Origin: Octopus vulgaris | Taxonomy: Eukaryota | Direction of reading: 5' to 3' | Assembly: GCA_951406725.2 (NCBI GenBank) | Contig: OX597816.1 | Coordinates: 32,054,001-32,118,000, forward strand | Length of the DNA stretch: 64,000 bases | Shown here: positions 45,491-56,645 of the stretch, in pieces | How the letters are laid out: each line of letters starts with the position of its first letter | Position numbering within the stretch: the first letter of the stretch is position 1 | Program-made: the position numbers and the translations under genes | The notes under the pieces: model-generated | What the model saw: the letters and a program-made list of their open reading frames with translations, nothing else | Databases searched by the model: none | Told to the model about the DNA's origin: nothing

Positions 45491-45793
45491 GTAATGAGGA
45501 ATTTTTTAGAAATTTCTATCGGTTTGATTCGTGATGCATAAATTATAATGGATATTGAAAAGTTTTGTCTTAGAATTTTTCTTTTGCCCTTAGTTGTAAA
45601 TTATTTATAAATTTAACCTTTAAAGGTATTTTTTGATATGCTGGCCATTGATAAAATATTTTTCCCGAAAAAAATTTTATCCTATATTAGTTATATATAT
45701 ATATACATATAGAAATATATATAGAAATCTATATATATATATATATATAAATATATGTATATAAATATATATGTGCGTGTGTGTGTGTGTGTG

Positions 45794-45824
<31 letters not shown>

Positions 45825-45849
45825 TTATGTGTGTGTGTGAAAATTTGAG

Positions 45850-46017
45850 TTGATGCATTTTGGAAAATAGACTATGCTAAAACAACCATACTCTCTTCTT
45901 TAAGGGAAACCTTTCATAGCATCTAATAATATCAGACACCTAGAAGTAATTGTTGATAACAATCTCAGTTGGAGTGCCCACATCAGCAATAAGGTCGATT
46001 TACCTCATAGGATGAGT

Positions 46018-46018
<1 letters not shown>
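45850..46018 (+). pseudogene. CR1/L2-group RT fragment
   Basis: IRHLEVIVDNNLSWSAHISNKV, like the ..LGV..D..L.W..H motif. Confidence 0.55.
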
Positions 46019-46076
<58 letters not shown>

Positions 46077-46682
46077 AGAGAGAGAGAGAGAGAGCTTTTA
46101 CTTCTCTGCTTACATTTCAGTTTCACTAAATATTTCTCTTTCCACGGCTTTAATATTTCTTTCCATTCATCTGTAACACTGCATTTCTCCACTCATGTTT
46201 TTGCTATCTTCTTTCTTTCTCCCCTTTCTCAAAATTAACTTAGAGAAAATAAATAGCAGCGTCCCCTTCATCATACGCAGTCCTCACCTTCGGTTAAAAT
46301 ATCTTACTGATGTTGTGTCTCTTTTTTTCTCTTATGAGAATATCGCATTGTTTTACATCATCTTATTCCCTCTGGAATAATATCAATGTTTTTTTCGAAA
46401 CATATGTCGGAAGTATAATTATTTGAATAATACCTGCGTTTAACTCCATTTTTTACTTATCTGTTACGCAAAAATCATTTCACTAAACACTGGAATTTTT
46501 AGCTATTAAGTAGGCTGTACCATCCTTGGTAATTATGTGAATTTTTTGCTACCCTCGTAACCATTTATTTTTTACCATGTTATTTGTACACGATGAACAA
46601 TACGCATACATTTATATATATATATATATATATATGTTTGTGTGTGTATATGTGTGCGTATATGTGTGTGTATTCGTTTATA

Positions 46683-47110
46683 TGTTTCAGCCCTGAGGTC
46701 ATGTCGATGCTGGAGCACCATCAGTGTAATCACCTTTAATTGACTAATTTATGGGATTAGATCTAGTTGCAGGTGGTATTTCGATACCGGTGTCCTCTGG
46801 AGTTTCCTGACTTGATAATGGTAAGTTGGGATCTTGGATAACATGATGTAAAGTTGTTTTCTGAAACCTACACCATGGAGATCCCACACATATTTTAGCA
46901 AGGTGTTAGATAGCTGTGGGCCTTTGAATCCCAAACTTTTACAGTACATGTTCTTCACCTAGGCTAACACAGCTGGCACTTTTAAAACAATGCAATGACG
47001 TCCAGTTCGAGGTCTGGTATAACTCTCAAATCCATAGTTTCGTGCCAGCCCCGCCAGTATTTACCACTCATATATCACTGCGTACTTCTCCCGTCTTCGA
47101 TCCAGGAAGA
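46683..47110 (-). mobile_element. Old 3' fragment of the LINE group seen at 57468-61200
   Basis: SLGFKGPQL..L...DLHGV matches the C-terminus of ORF 57558-60662 (SLGFRGPQLFNILPKNLRDLHGV); the 3' UTRs are also similar. Confidence 0.75.
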
Positions 47111-47226
47111 TAATACTAGGCCGATGGAGGTCTGACCCCATAATTATGTAGTTGAGAAGCAACTTTCTTATCACACGCCTACGTCAGTGACTATTTATAT
47201 AATCTATAAATATTATATACTTATAT

Positions 47227-47267
<41 letters not shown>

Positions 47268-47270
<3 letters not shown>

Positions 47271-48031
47271 GTCCAGCAAAATTTAGATTCAAATGAATAT
47301 GGTACTTAAGTTAGATGCACCAGAATTGTGTGTGGTGTTATCCATATAAACCCATGGGGTGATTATAATCAAAAATAAGCAACAAAACTAACTTCGGTAA
47401 TGTGGTACGATCGTTTCATGCTACATCATTTTCTTAATTATTGTAAGTATTACAACAGTTTCAAAATGTTGAGCAATCATCAGCCATTAATTTTTTCCAT
47501 TAATGTTTTCCAAGTTGATGTATATAAGTATATACATACTCTATAAGTGTATTCTCATCTGACATTGACCTAGTTTTCCTAATACAAAACTCTGTTTGCC
47601 AAATAGTAGTAAACAGCCTCTATAGCATTTCAACCTCATCTCTACCTTAATTTCTTTATAAACAACTTCTGACATCTATTTCACCCCTATTTCTATAAGT
47701 AGAATTTTTTTGTCTTCTTTCAACTGATCATTCTTCCCAACATTCTAGCAGTTCAAAATAACTGAATATTCTGAATAATCTTCTGTCAGTTGATAAACTC
47801 TACTACCTTAGTGTTTTTAAAATTTAAATCGATATCTTTGTCTATATATTTACATATTCTATAATGTTATCAATTGATATGAAAATTATGTATTAATGGA
47901 AAACCTCTATTAATTGCTGCTGATTGCTCAACATTGTAAAACTGTTGTAATATTTACAATATTTAAAAAGAGGATGTAGCGTGAAACGATCATACCAAGT
48001 TACCGAAGTTATTCTTCTTGCTTATTTTTGA

Positions 48032-48034
<3 letters not shown>
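47268..48034. mobile_element. Fold-back PLE-like module: inverted HHR-bearing repeats between two (TA)n tracts
   Basis: 47369-47505 is the imperfect reverse complement of ~47890-48031; both arms contain an HHR core. Confidence 0.7.
47403..47486 (-). ncRNA. Type I hammerhead ribozyme with extended stem II
   Basis: Minus strand: TGG-CTGATGA-T(TGCT...ACATTTT...TTGTAA TAC TTACAA...AAAATG..AGCA)T-GAAAC-GATC-GTA-CCA. Intact core, palindromic stem III ACGATCGT, GUA site. Confidence 0.7.
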
Positions 48035-48070
<36 letters not shown>

Positions 48071-48076
<6 letters not shown>

Positions 48077-48711
48077 CGGGAAGCTTTATGAAAATAAACA
48101 AAAGACGAAGGCAGGTGGAAAACAAACGAACAATTGTATTAGTATGGCGCTCAGGAAATATAAATAAAACAAGTCTTTAACGTTTCGAGCCTACGCTCTT
48201 CAACAGAAAGATACACAGAGAGAGAAAAACACAGAAAGAAGGAGAGAAAAAAAATGCGTGCAGTAGCTAACGAATCAACATGGCGATCTGATTTCGGCCA
48301 GAGGTCAAAGATCAAACATGAGACGCGAGAGCGAAATAAGGGGAGATAATAGGGTTGATAAATGGGTTGAGGGACCAGCTAAAAGTGCGTGGGAGGGGTC
48401 TGGATGTGTGTATGTATAGGGTTGGTGTATGTATTAGTATGTATAAGGGTGTGTGTGTGTGTGTGTGTGTATGAGAGAGTATTAGTGCGTAAGATTGGTC
48501 TGGACGTGCGTATGTATGGGGTTGGTGTATGTATTAGTATGTATTAGTATGTATTAGTACGTATTGGTATGTATAGGTGTGTGTGTGTGTGTGAGAGAGA
48601 GTATAAGTGCGTATGCGGGGTCTGGACGTGTGTATGTATAGGGTTGGTGTAAGTATTAGTATGTACTAGTATGTATTAGTACGTATTAGTATGTATTAGT
48701 TGGTGTGTGTA
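48071..48711 (-). repeat. 3' pseudo-LTR (641 bp)
   Basis: Matches 52638-53277 except in A-run and (GT)/(GA) lengths. Contains three internal GGTCTGGAYGTG..GGGTTGGTGTA subrepeats and 10-bp ATTAGTATGT repeats. Confidence 0.95.
48174..48211 (-). ncRNA. Minimal variant hammerhead-like motif (pLTR copy 1)
   Basis: TCTTT-CTGTTGAAGA-GCGTAGGCTC-GAAAC-GTT-AAAGA on the element sense strand: stem I TCTTT/AAAGA, hairpin GAGC-GTAG-GCTC, palindromic AACGTT. The core is non-canonical. Confidence 0.55.
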
Positions 48712-49064
48712 TTAGTATGGCACATCATATGTGATGTGATGTGTAAAGTCATGTGGTGTAGTGAGGAGAAGAGGGGGAGGGGGAGAAGGGGAGGGGGAGA
48801 AGAGGGGGAGAGAAGGGGAGGGGAAGAAGAGGGGAGGAGAAGGGGGAGAGGAGAGGATGGGGGAGAAGGAAGGGGATGAGGGGGATGAAGGAGGAAAGAG
48901 GGAGAGGGGGAGAGAGAATGGGAGAGAGGGAGTGAGGGAGCAGAGGGAAGGGAAGAGGGAGGGAGAAAGAGGGAAGAAGGGAAGGGGAGTAGGGGTGAAA
49001 GGATGAAGGACTGAAGAAGTAGGGGTCGGGGGAGAAAGGATAGGTGAGGAGGGGGAGAGGGGGG

Positions 49065-51368
49065 TTAGATGAGGAGGGGGGGAGAGTTGAGACCAAATGG
49101 CGTATAAGAGCGAAGAGAGAAGATTAATTCCTGTTCACGGCGCAAACGGGAATCCGGATGGCCTCTGTGTAAGGACAAACCGAACACAGATAGGTGTTGC
49201 AAGGAGTGACCGGTGGAGCGGAAATGGCGTGAGACCGGTGTGTCGTTCGCAAGGTGGATGTCACGAAGGTGTTCCGCGAACCGGTCAGCCAAGCGGCGTC
49301 CCGTTTGTCCGATGTACAAGGAATTGCAGAGAGAGCAAGAGATGCAATAGATAATATTGCTGGAGGTGCAGGTGAAGGAGTGGATGATGGGATAGGGTCG
49401 ATGGTGGGTGCTAGTGAGGCGGGTGGTGTTGGAGAGGTAAGGGCAAGTGCGGCAACGTGGGCGGGAGCAGGGGAACGAGCCGGGTTGGGAGGTAGGGTCA
49501 GGGAAGGAGCTATGGACCAAAAGGTCTCGAAGGTTGTGGGCTCGTTTGAAAGAGGGGAGGGGTCGGTTAGGGAAGAGGTGTGAAGTGGACGGGTCGGACT
49601 GGAGATGACGGAAAGCTCGAAGAATGGTGCGTTGGAGACGTAGGGTCGTGGGGTGGTAAGTGAGGGGAAAAGGGAGGCGGGAGACTACAGGGCGGGTTCG
49701 GGGAGAGAGAGCAGATACACGGTCCACGGACCGTGCTCTGGCAAGGGCGGTGTGGATAGTGGTGAGGGGGTATCCACGTAGGGTGAAGTGGTGAGCCATA
49801 CGTTGAGACTGAGTCTCAAAGTCATGGTCGTCACTACAGAGCCTACGTAGACGGAGGAATTGGGAATAGGGGATGGAAAGCTTGGTGTGTTCTGGGTGGG
49901 AGGAAGAGAAGTTGAGGTATGAGTGTGAGTCTGTGTGTTTGTAGTGAATGGAGGTGGTAAGAGTGGAGTGAAGAATGCTAACCGAAATATCGAGGAAGGA
50001 GACAGAGGTGTTGGAGATAGTGGAAGTGAAGTGGAGGGCTGGATGGAAAGATTGGACGAAAGAGAGGAAGGAATCTAGATGTTCGCGGGAGAGTGAGGTG
50101 GCACCGATAATGTCGTCAATATAACGACCATATAGTTCAGGAGTGGGACCAGTGAAATTAGAGAATATTTGGGCCTCAACATAGCCAACGAACAGGTTCG
50201 CATAGTTGGGGCCCATTCGCGTTCCCATGGCCACTCCCGAGACCTGATGGTAGAACTCGCCCGCGAACGAGAAGCAGTTCAGAGTAAGGACAAGTTCGGC
50301 CAGACGAATGAGTGTGGAGGTGTCAGGTACAGGGTTAGAGCGGAGGTCAAGAAAGTGTCGAAGGGCCTGCAGTCCTTCGTGGTGAGGGATAACAGTATAG
50401 AGGCTTTGGATGTCCATAGTAAAAAGGATTTTGGAGGAGCCGGGAGGAAAGGAGAAAGAGTTGAAAAGCCGGAGAGCATGGTTGGTATCGTGGATGTGGG
50501 AGGGAAGAGATGCCACTAGGGGGGCAAGGACACGGTCGAGGTATTTAGAGATGAGCTCCGTGGGGCAGTTACAGGCGGAGACGATGGGGCGGCCAGGGTT
50601 GTTGGGTTTGTGGATTTTGGGGAGGAAGTAAATGGTGGGGGTACGTGGGGTTCGCACAATTAGGTTGGATGCGGTGCGGGGGAGACGGGAGGACGAGATG
50701 AGGTCTTGGACAGTAGAGGATACCGTCTGTTGGTAGCTACGTGTGGGGTTAGAGGGCAGAGGGGAATAGAAGGAGGTGTCATTGAGTTGGCGGAAAGCCT
50801 CGGCCCTATAGAGGTCCGCGCGCCACACCACTACAGCTCCACCCTTGTCAGCCGGTTTGATGATAATGTCAGCGCGCCGTTGGAGGGAACGAAGAGCCAA
50901 GAGCTCAGCCGGGGAGATGTTGAGGCGGCGTTGGCGCCTGGAGAAGTTGAACCGCTCCAATGCACGCTGACAAGCGCCCGCGAAAAGATCAACTGCTAGG
51001 ATCTGGCCAGGGGCAGGCGTCCACGGGGATGGTCGGCGGCCCAGGCCAGTGAAGCAGTCGTCCTCTTCGTTGGGTGTGGGTGGCGAGTCGTGGTAATGCG
51101 CACCCAACCGGACACGGCGCACAAAGCTGTGGACATCAACTCGCGTCTGGAATTCCTTACAGGATGGAGTGAGGGGGATGAAACGCAGACCCCTACCAAG
51201 GACGGAGCGTTCAGCCGCAGAGAGGGGAAGATCGGGGGGAATGGTAACAACAGACGGAAGTGGAGAAGGGGTGGATGGAATAGAAGTAGGAGGGGTGGTA
51301 GGTCTCGGGGAGGTCTGAGGGGGAGGGATTGGAGAGGTGTGTGGGGGTGGTTGGGCGGGGCAGTAGGG
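49065..51368 (-). CDS. PLE reverse transcriptase + GIY-YIG endonuclease (main open frame)
   Basis: The frame of track ORF 49065-51122 stays open to 51368 and adds LSAAERSVLGRGLRFIP. Motifs: IKPADKGGAVVV, LPKIHK..GRPIVS, DIQSLYT, GVAMG, RYIDD, FLD, linker CSRPRCRTC, IIY..C..C..YIGQT, RFAEH, RRREQE. Confidence 0.93.
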   Translation of the reverse strand, partial: PYCPAQPPPHTSPIPPPQTSPRPTTPPTSIPSTPSPLPSVVTIPPDLPLSAAERSVLGRGLRFIPLTPSCKEFQTRVDVHSFVRRVRLGAHYHDSPPTPNEEDDCFTGLGRRPSPWTPAPGQILAVDLFAGACQRALERFNFSRRQRRLNISPAELLALRSLQRRADIIIKPADKGGAVVVWRADLYRAEAFRQLNDTSFYSPLPSNPTRSYQQTVSSTVQDLISSSRLPRTASNLIVRTPRTPTIYFLPKIHKPNNPGRPIVSACNCPTELISKYLDRVLAPLVASLPSHIHDTNHALRLFNSFSFPPGSSKILFTMDIQSLYTVIPHHEGLQALRHFLDLRSNPVPDTSTLIRLAELVLTLNCFSFAGEFYHQVSGVAMGTRMGPNYANLFVGYVEAQIFSNFTGPTPELYGRYIDDIIGATSLSREHLDSFLSFVQSFHPALHFTSTISNTSVSFLDISVSILHSTLTTSIHYKHTDSHSYLNFSSSHPEHTKLSIPYSQFLRLRRLCSDDHDFETQSQRMAHHFTLRGYPLTTIHTALARARSVDRVSALSPRTRPVVSRLPFPLTYHPTTLRLQRTILRAFRHLQSDPSTSHLFPNRPLPSFKRAHNLRDLLVHSSFPDPTSQPGSFPCSRPRCRTCPYLSNTTRLTSTHHRPYPIIHSFTCTSSNIIYCISCSLCNSLYIGQTGRRLADRFAEHLRDIHLANDTPVSRHFRSTGHSLQHLSVFGLSLHRGHPDSRLRREQELIFSLRSYTPFGLNSPPLLI

Positions 51369-51452
51369 TTAGGTGTAGGTGGATGGAGCCTAACGGGAGG
51401 GGAGAAGGGGTTGTAGGGAGGGGCAGTGGGGTTAGGTGTGGGTGGATGGAGC

Positions 51453-51974
51453 CTATCGGGAGGGGGAGAAGGGTGGTGGAGGAGTTGGGGTAGTGGCGTC
51501 GGGTAGGGTGGAATGGAAGAGTGATTGGAGTTTACGAAGTTTGGTATCAGAAAGAAATTGATGGAAGAGTTGATTCAAATGGATAATGAAGCGTAGCGTG
51601 TTTGGAGCATAGAGAGGCGGCAGAGAGGAGAAGAAGGTGGAGAAAGCAGGAGGAAGAAGGCGGTTGATGGCATGTAGTTTGGAGAGATTGGAGCGAATGG
51701 TGGCCCGCATAAGGCGGTAAGATGTGGTGCGGAGTATGGGTAAGATGGAAGAATCCGAGTGGAGAGCAGGGTGGAAGTGGAGGCGGAAACCTTTAGGGAT
51801 GAGTCGGTGATGTAGGCAGCGGCTTAGGAAAGAGACATGGCTAGAGAAGCGGGTTTTTTTAAAAAGAAGTAGAGAGAGATTAACGGACGGCTGAAGGCAA
51901 TATACAGGAAGCGAACGTAGATGATCCTTCAAACGGTGATGGAGGGTGAGAAGGTAGGACCTAGGATCCGGCAT
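51453..51974 (-). CDS. N-terminal part of the PLE ORF, separated by a frameshifted Pro-rich repeat
   Basis: ATG at 51974 (MPDPRSY...) and HVSFLSRCLHHRLIPKGF, the N-terminal FL..C....LIPKG motif of PLE proteins. Same frame as the main ORF. Confidence 0.75.
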   Translation of the reverse strand: MPDPRSYLLTLHHRLKDHLRSLPVYCLQPSVNLSLLLFKKTRFSSHVSFLSRCLHHRLIPKGFRLHFHPALHSDSSILPILRTTSYRLMRATIRSNLSKLHAINRLLPPAFSTFFSSLPPLYAPNTLRFIIHLNQLFHQFLSDTKLRKLQSLFHSTLPDATTPTPPPPFSPSR

Positions 51975-52637
51975 GATGGGATAGCGGAAAAAAAAACGTT
52001 CGAAAAAACAAAAAAAAACAAAAAACAAAAATTATCGTATGAAAAAAATAGAAAAAAAGGATAGCGAAAAAAGGGGAAAAAACAAACGTTCAAAAAAACA
52101 AAAAAAATAATAAAAAAATAATAAAAAAACAAAAAAAAATAATAAAAAAATAATAATCGTATGAAAAAACTAGATAAGTAAGCGATAGGGGCAGAAAAGA
52201 CGGGGCAAACGAAAAAGGGAAAGAAAGAAGGGAAGCAGAGAGAGGGGGAGGCAAAAAAGGGGGGTGCAGGCAGAGGAAACGGAGTATGGACATCCAGAGA
52301 GGGAAGAAAGACGGAAAGGAGAACAAAAATTCAGGAAAATGTGGGAAGCATGAAATGAATGTAAAAAAAGTGGTAATATAAGAAGAAATAAAAATACAAC
52401 AAACGGGACAGTTTATGCGAACAAGTTCAAGGTTGAAAGTTCAAGGTGAGAAATGTGTAGACGTCGTGGTATATTTTTTAAGGATTTCACATCAATGCAA
52501 AGTCACTTTGATCCGCGAAAGAGAGGTGCAGCCAATGGTAAGTATCCAAGAGGTAAAGAAAATCCAAGGTAGAGGTAAGTGTTGATAGTGGTATTGGTAG
52601 AATATAGGATGAAAGTGAGACCACGTGAGCGCATAAT

Positions 52638-53276
52638 ATATAACGGGAAGCTTTATGAAAATAAACAAAAGACGAAGGCAGGTGGAAAACAAACGAACAA
52701 TTGTATTAGTATGGCGCTCAGGAAATATAAATAAAACAAGTCTTTAACGTTTCGAGCCTACGCTCTTCAACAGAAAGATACACAGAGAGAGAAAAACACA
52801 GAAAGAAGGAGAGAAAAAAATGCGTGCAGTAGCTAACGAATCAACATGGCGATCTGATTTCGGCCAGAGGTCAAAGATCAAACATGAGACGCGAGAGCGA
52901 AATAAGGGGAGATAATAGGGTTGATAAATGGGTTGAGGGACCAGCTAAAAGTGCGTGGGAGGGGTCTGGATGTGTGTATGTATAGGGTTGGTGTATGTAT
53001 TAGTATGTATAAGGGTGTGTGTGTGTGTGTGTGTGTATGAGAGAGTATTAGTGCGTAAGATTGGTCTGGACGTGCGTATGTATGGGGTTGGTGTATGTAT
53101 TAGTATGTATTAGTATGTATTAGTACGTATTGGTATGTATAGGTGTGTGTGTGTGTGAGAGAGAGAGTATAAGTGCGTATGCGGGGTCTGGACGTGTGTA
53201 TGTATAGGGTTGGTGTAAGTATTAGTATGTACTAGTATGTATTAGTACGTATTAGTATGTATTAGTTGGTGTGTGT

Positions 53277-53277
<1 letters not shown>
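52638..53277 (-). repeat. 5' pseudo-LTR (640 bp) with HHR-like motif at 52741-52778
   Basis: Direct repeat of 48071-48711. Confidence 0.95.
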
Positions 53278-53323
<46 letters not shown>

Positions 53324-53379
53324 GATTAAAGATGTGTGCAATACGTCATCAGTCTACAATTTACTTGCTAAATCTTGTC

Positions 53380-53900
53380 TAAGGACTGTAGGGGAAAATA
53401 TCTGCGTATTAGAAGCATTTTAATACGTCCGAATGCATTCGGAAGATGGAAAACTGTTCAAATGAGAAATCTCTTAGAAAAACAACTATTCTCTAACTCA
53501 AATGCATGAAAGCCCATAAGGAGGCGAATGTCCCCATCACATCGGAGACGCATGTCTTGTGTCCATGCATATTGCCAGCTGCAAAACTGAATTTTTCTTT
53601 CACAGTGACGCATATACCCAAGAATTATATATTATTTACTGAACGTTGTGCTTTCAAGTATTTTTCTATGAGGATAATGTTTTCCCGGGATGACCTTGGC
53701 AGACAAATGATTCCCAGATACTGAGTGTGCAGAAACGTGTTAAATGTGATTATATGCGATTCTATATTATTCAACGGTGAATCGGGCGAATCCATCTTTT
53801 GAATTTCAGCTTAAACCGCTGTTAACATCTCTCATAAATAAGAGCCGTTATTGCCAAAAGCCTACCACAGTAGACTTTGGTATTCATTTCTCATAAAGGG
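53380..53900 (-). pseudogene. Possible highly decayed PLE RT
   Basis: Scattered minus-strand motifs IRPI, ILESTTF, VMGT..FM in the order expected for a PLE RT; heavily disrupted. Confidence 0.3.
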
Positions 53901-55024
53901 TATAGGCGCAGAAATATATGCGACGCACAACATATGTCATTCATCGCCAAATGTATTTTTGCAGACTTGTATCCTAAGATATTCTCAGAGGGCTATTTCC
54001 ACTGGAAAATGACTTCTGCGGGCCATTCCATACATGCATAAAGAAATCACTGTTAGAAGAATCGGTTCCATTATCAGGATTTTGATTTTATGGGTGGTTC
54101 ATTATTTTATCGTACAATTTTTCAGATTTAGAGAGAATACAATCGTATACAATTATGTTCATAACAAGCCTTTTTAGAAGGATGCTTATTATTTATAAGA
54201 AATAAAAATAAGGAACAATTTTGTGAGTAGAGTTTAATCAAGTTTGAATCAGGCAATTAGGTTTGCATCAAGCTTCGCCAAACAAGATATAATCGAGCAA
54301 TACCCTATTTAAAGTGATGTTCTATACTCGGACGCAGAATACATTGCCCAGTGGAAATAGCCCTGGGAAAATATCTTAACATACAAGTCTCACAAAATCT
54401 ATTGGTTGTGCATAGCATATCTGTTTTCAATGTTCCTCTTAATTTTAGCTCACCCTTTTCATTTTTTCTCCTAACAGCTAATATTTCCTCGAACATGCTT
54501 GAATCACTTTTGAATCATTTTGGAAAAATCAATCAAAATATTAATCAGAAAAAGAATCTCAAATTGGTAAAAAGCTTTACATTGGGTAGTAACCAGGTCT
54601 CTCAATATCCTCTCATCATATGCAGAATGATTTCATCGGAAAATGTAGCCTACACAATCGAGAGAATTCTGCATTATCAAGCGGTTTATCTATTTATATG
54701 GGAACAAAGATTATATGATTACCAAGAATTAAAAAATTCCGGGAGAAAATCAGTGGTATTCATGGCAACAGAACAGGGACAATGATTTTTCTAAACGTGT
54801 CGAGTATTCATTTTAACTCCCATTCCAATATATGATCCTCATTATGTAATCTATCACAAACCTAGCAATATATATTTTACAGATAAATTTGGGATAACGT
54901 CAGTAAGGAAAGTCCTTTGTTGTAATTTAGAGATACCCACGACTTGCGCTTTAGTCATAGATGAAATGTCAGTTCCTGTCGCTAATAAGTGTCTCCATCG
55001 TCAGGTTGTTACCTGTTTTAGATG

Positions 55025-55070
<46 letters not shown>

Positions 55071-55402
55071 TACTTTGGCAAGATATTCGAAATATTTCAC
55101 GTCTAATCAAATTTATTATTCTTTCTATCAGATAATGTTCTTACATTTTTTACGTGTGATTTTGCGCCGTGATTATATCATTATCCTATGAGAGCATCTA
55201 TTATCCTTATCTATTGTTTCTGGTGTCACCTTATTTTTATATTTTGTATTTAGTTTTACGTTTGCTTTTTACTAAAGTAGTTTACCATTGGATATAAGTA
55301 TTGTGTTTACTTCAAAGAATATTCCGAAATATCTTTGTTACAATTTGTTTTCTTCGCGTAGTTCAGTTATTTCTTCACAGTTCCAGTACATATATTTAAT
55401 CT

Positions 55403-55449
<47 letters not shown>

Positions 55450-55719
55450 CATTCCTTGATATATGATTTCTTAGTATAAAATGTATCTTTTTTTATTCAC
55501 CATCATTTGCACACAATCTCATTAATGATTTCATAGTATTTTCTTTATTATAGGTTTCCTTTAATCTTCCTTAGTTTTCAAGTTGTTCATTCCATCCTCT
55601 ATGAGCTGTTTCAGATTCTGCATACTTGCGTTTTTCAACTTCTGCTGTTGCAAGCATATTTTAGCTTATAGAAAATTTTTATATATGCATATATATAAAT
55701 ATGTGTGTGTGTGTGTATG

Positions 55720-55799
<80 letters not shown>

Positions 55800-56504
55800 C
55801 TATGTATCTATGTATGTATGTATACATAGTGTGTATAGATAAAGCGGATAGAGAGAGTGCGTGGGGATGGGGATTAGAGGACAAACAAATATATTTTTGA
55901 TTTAAAATTGGTTAGTCAATAATATGCCAAATTACGGCAGCTCAGTAACATATATGTTATTTTTTCCTTTCAATTATTTCAGAATGTATATTTTTTGCTT
56001 TGTATCTTTTTATTTCTACAATCAATCTCATAGTTTAATATATGATATATCTTGTATAATTTGTGCTTCTACATGTAATATGTTTTTAGTGTTTCATAAA
56101 AAAAATCTTTATATATTGGTTTTATTTACAGATTTTCAGATTTTCCGCTCTTGCATATGGGTCTGATAAATGTTTTTCGACATTTAAGAACGGTATGTTA
56201 TTTCTAGTTAGAAATATTTTCTCCGCAAATGTAGTAAGTATTTGTTGATTTTATGCCGGCAATAAGCGAAAATATACTTGCAAAATATAATTCGAAATAT
56301 TGCTCAGGTATTTAAGTAAATATGCAAAACTATGCTGGATAATATATTGCTTGCTTTAATAAAGGAATTGATTATAACGGTTTTAATATTATACAGGTTT
56401 CCCACTCTTTTACATTTCAACCCATATATTCAGAATTGGTTTTGTAAAACATGTATTGGATGAGTGAAAACACACATTTATGGTCTTATATTTTATAATA
56501 TACG

Positions 56505-56645
56505 AAGTAAAATTTCCGCCGAATTCGACTTTGCCTTTCCTCCTTTCGGAGTTGATAAAGTAAGTACCAGTTGCGTACTGGGAGGTCGTTCTAATCGAGT
56601 GACCCCTTCCCCAAACATTTCAGACCTTTTGTGTAGAATAGAAAA
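56505..56645 (+). mobile_element. SINE fragment (family of 26623)
   Basis: AAATTTCCGCCGAATTCGACTTTGCCTTTCCTCCTTTCGGAGTTGATAAAGTAAGTACCAG. Confidence 0.7.

Larger units (their letters stand above)
48071..53277 (-). mobile_element. Neptune-type Penelope-like retroelement, near full length, with direct pseudo-LTRs
   Basis: RT + GIY-YIG ORF; direct repeats 48071-48711 and 52638-53277; (TA)n on both flanks; HHR-like motif in each repeat. Confidence 0.95.

Noticed and set aside
49097-51416. Plus-strand ORFs over the PLE, and over the LINE at 59215-61200
   Set aside because: Antisense shadows of GC-rich coding sequence.
51340-51500. Intron removing the in-frame stops of the Neptune ORF
   Set aside because: There is no GT on the sense strand in the ~65 nt before the first stop, and the +1 frame is open, so indels explain it better.
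48071-53277. LTR retrotransposon
   Set aside because: No TG..CA ends, gag, protease or integrase; the RT and GIY-YIG motifs are PLE-type.
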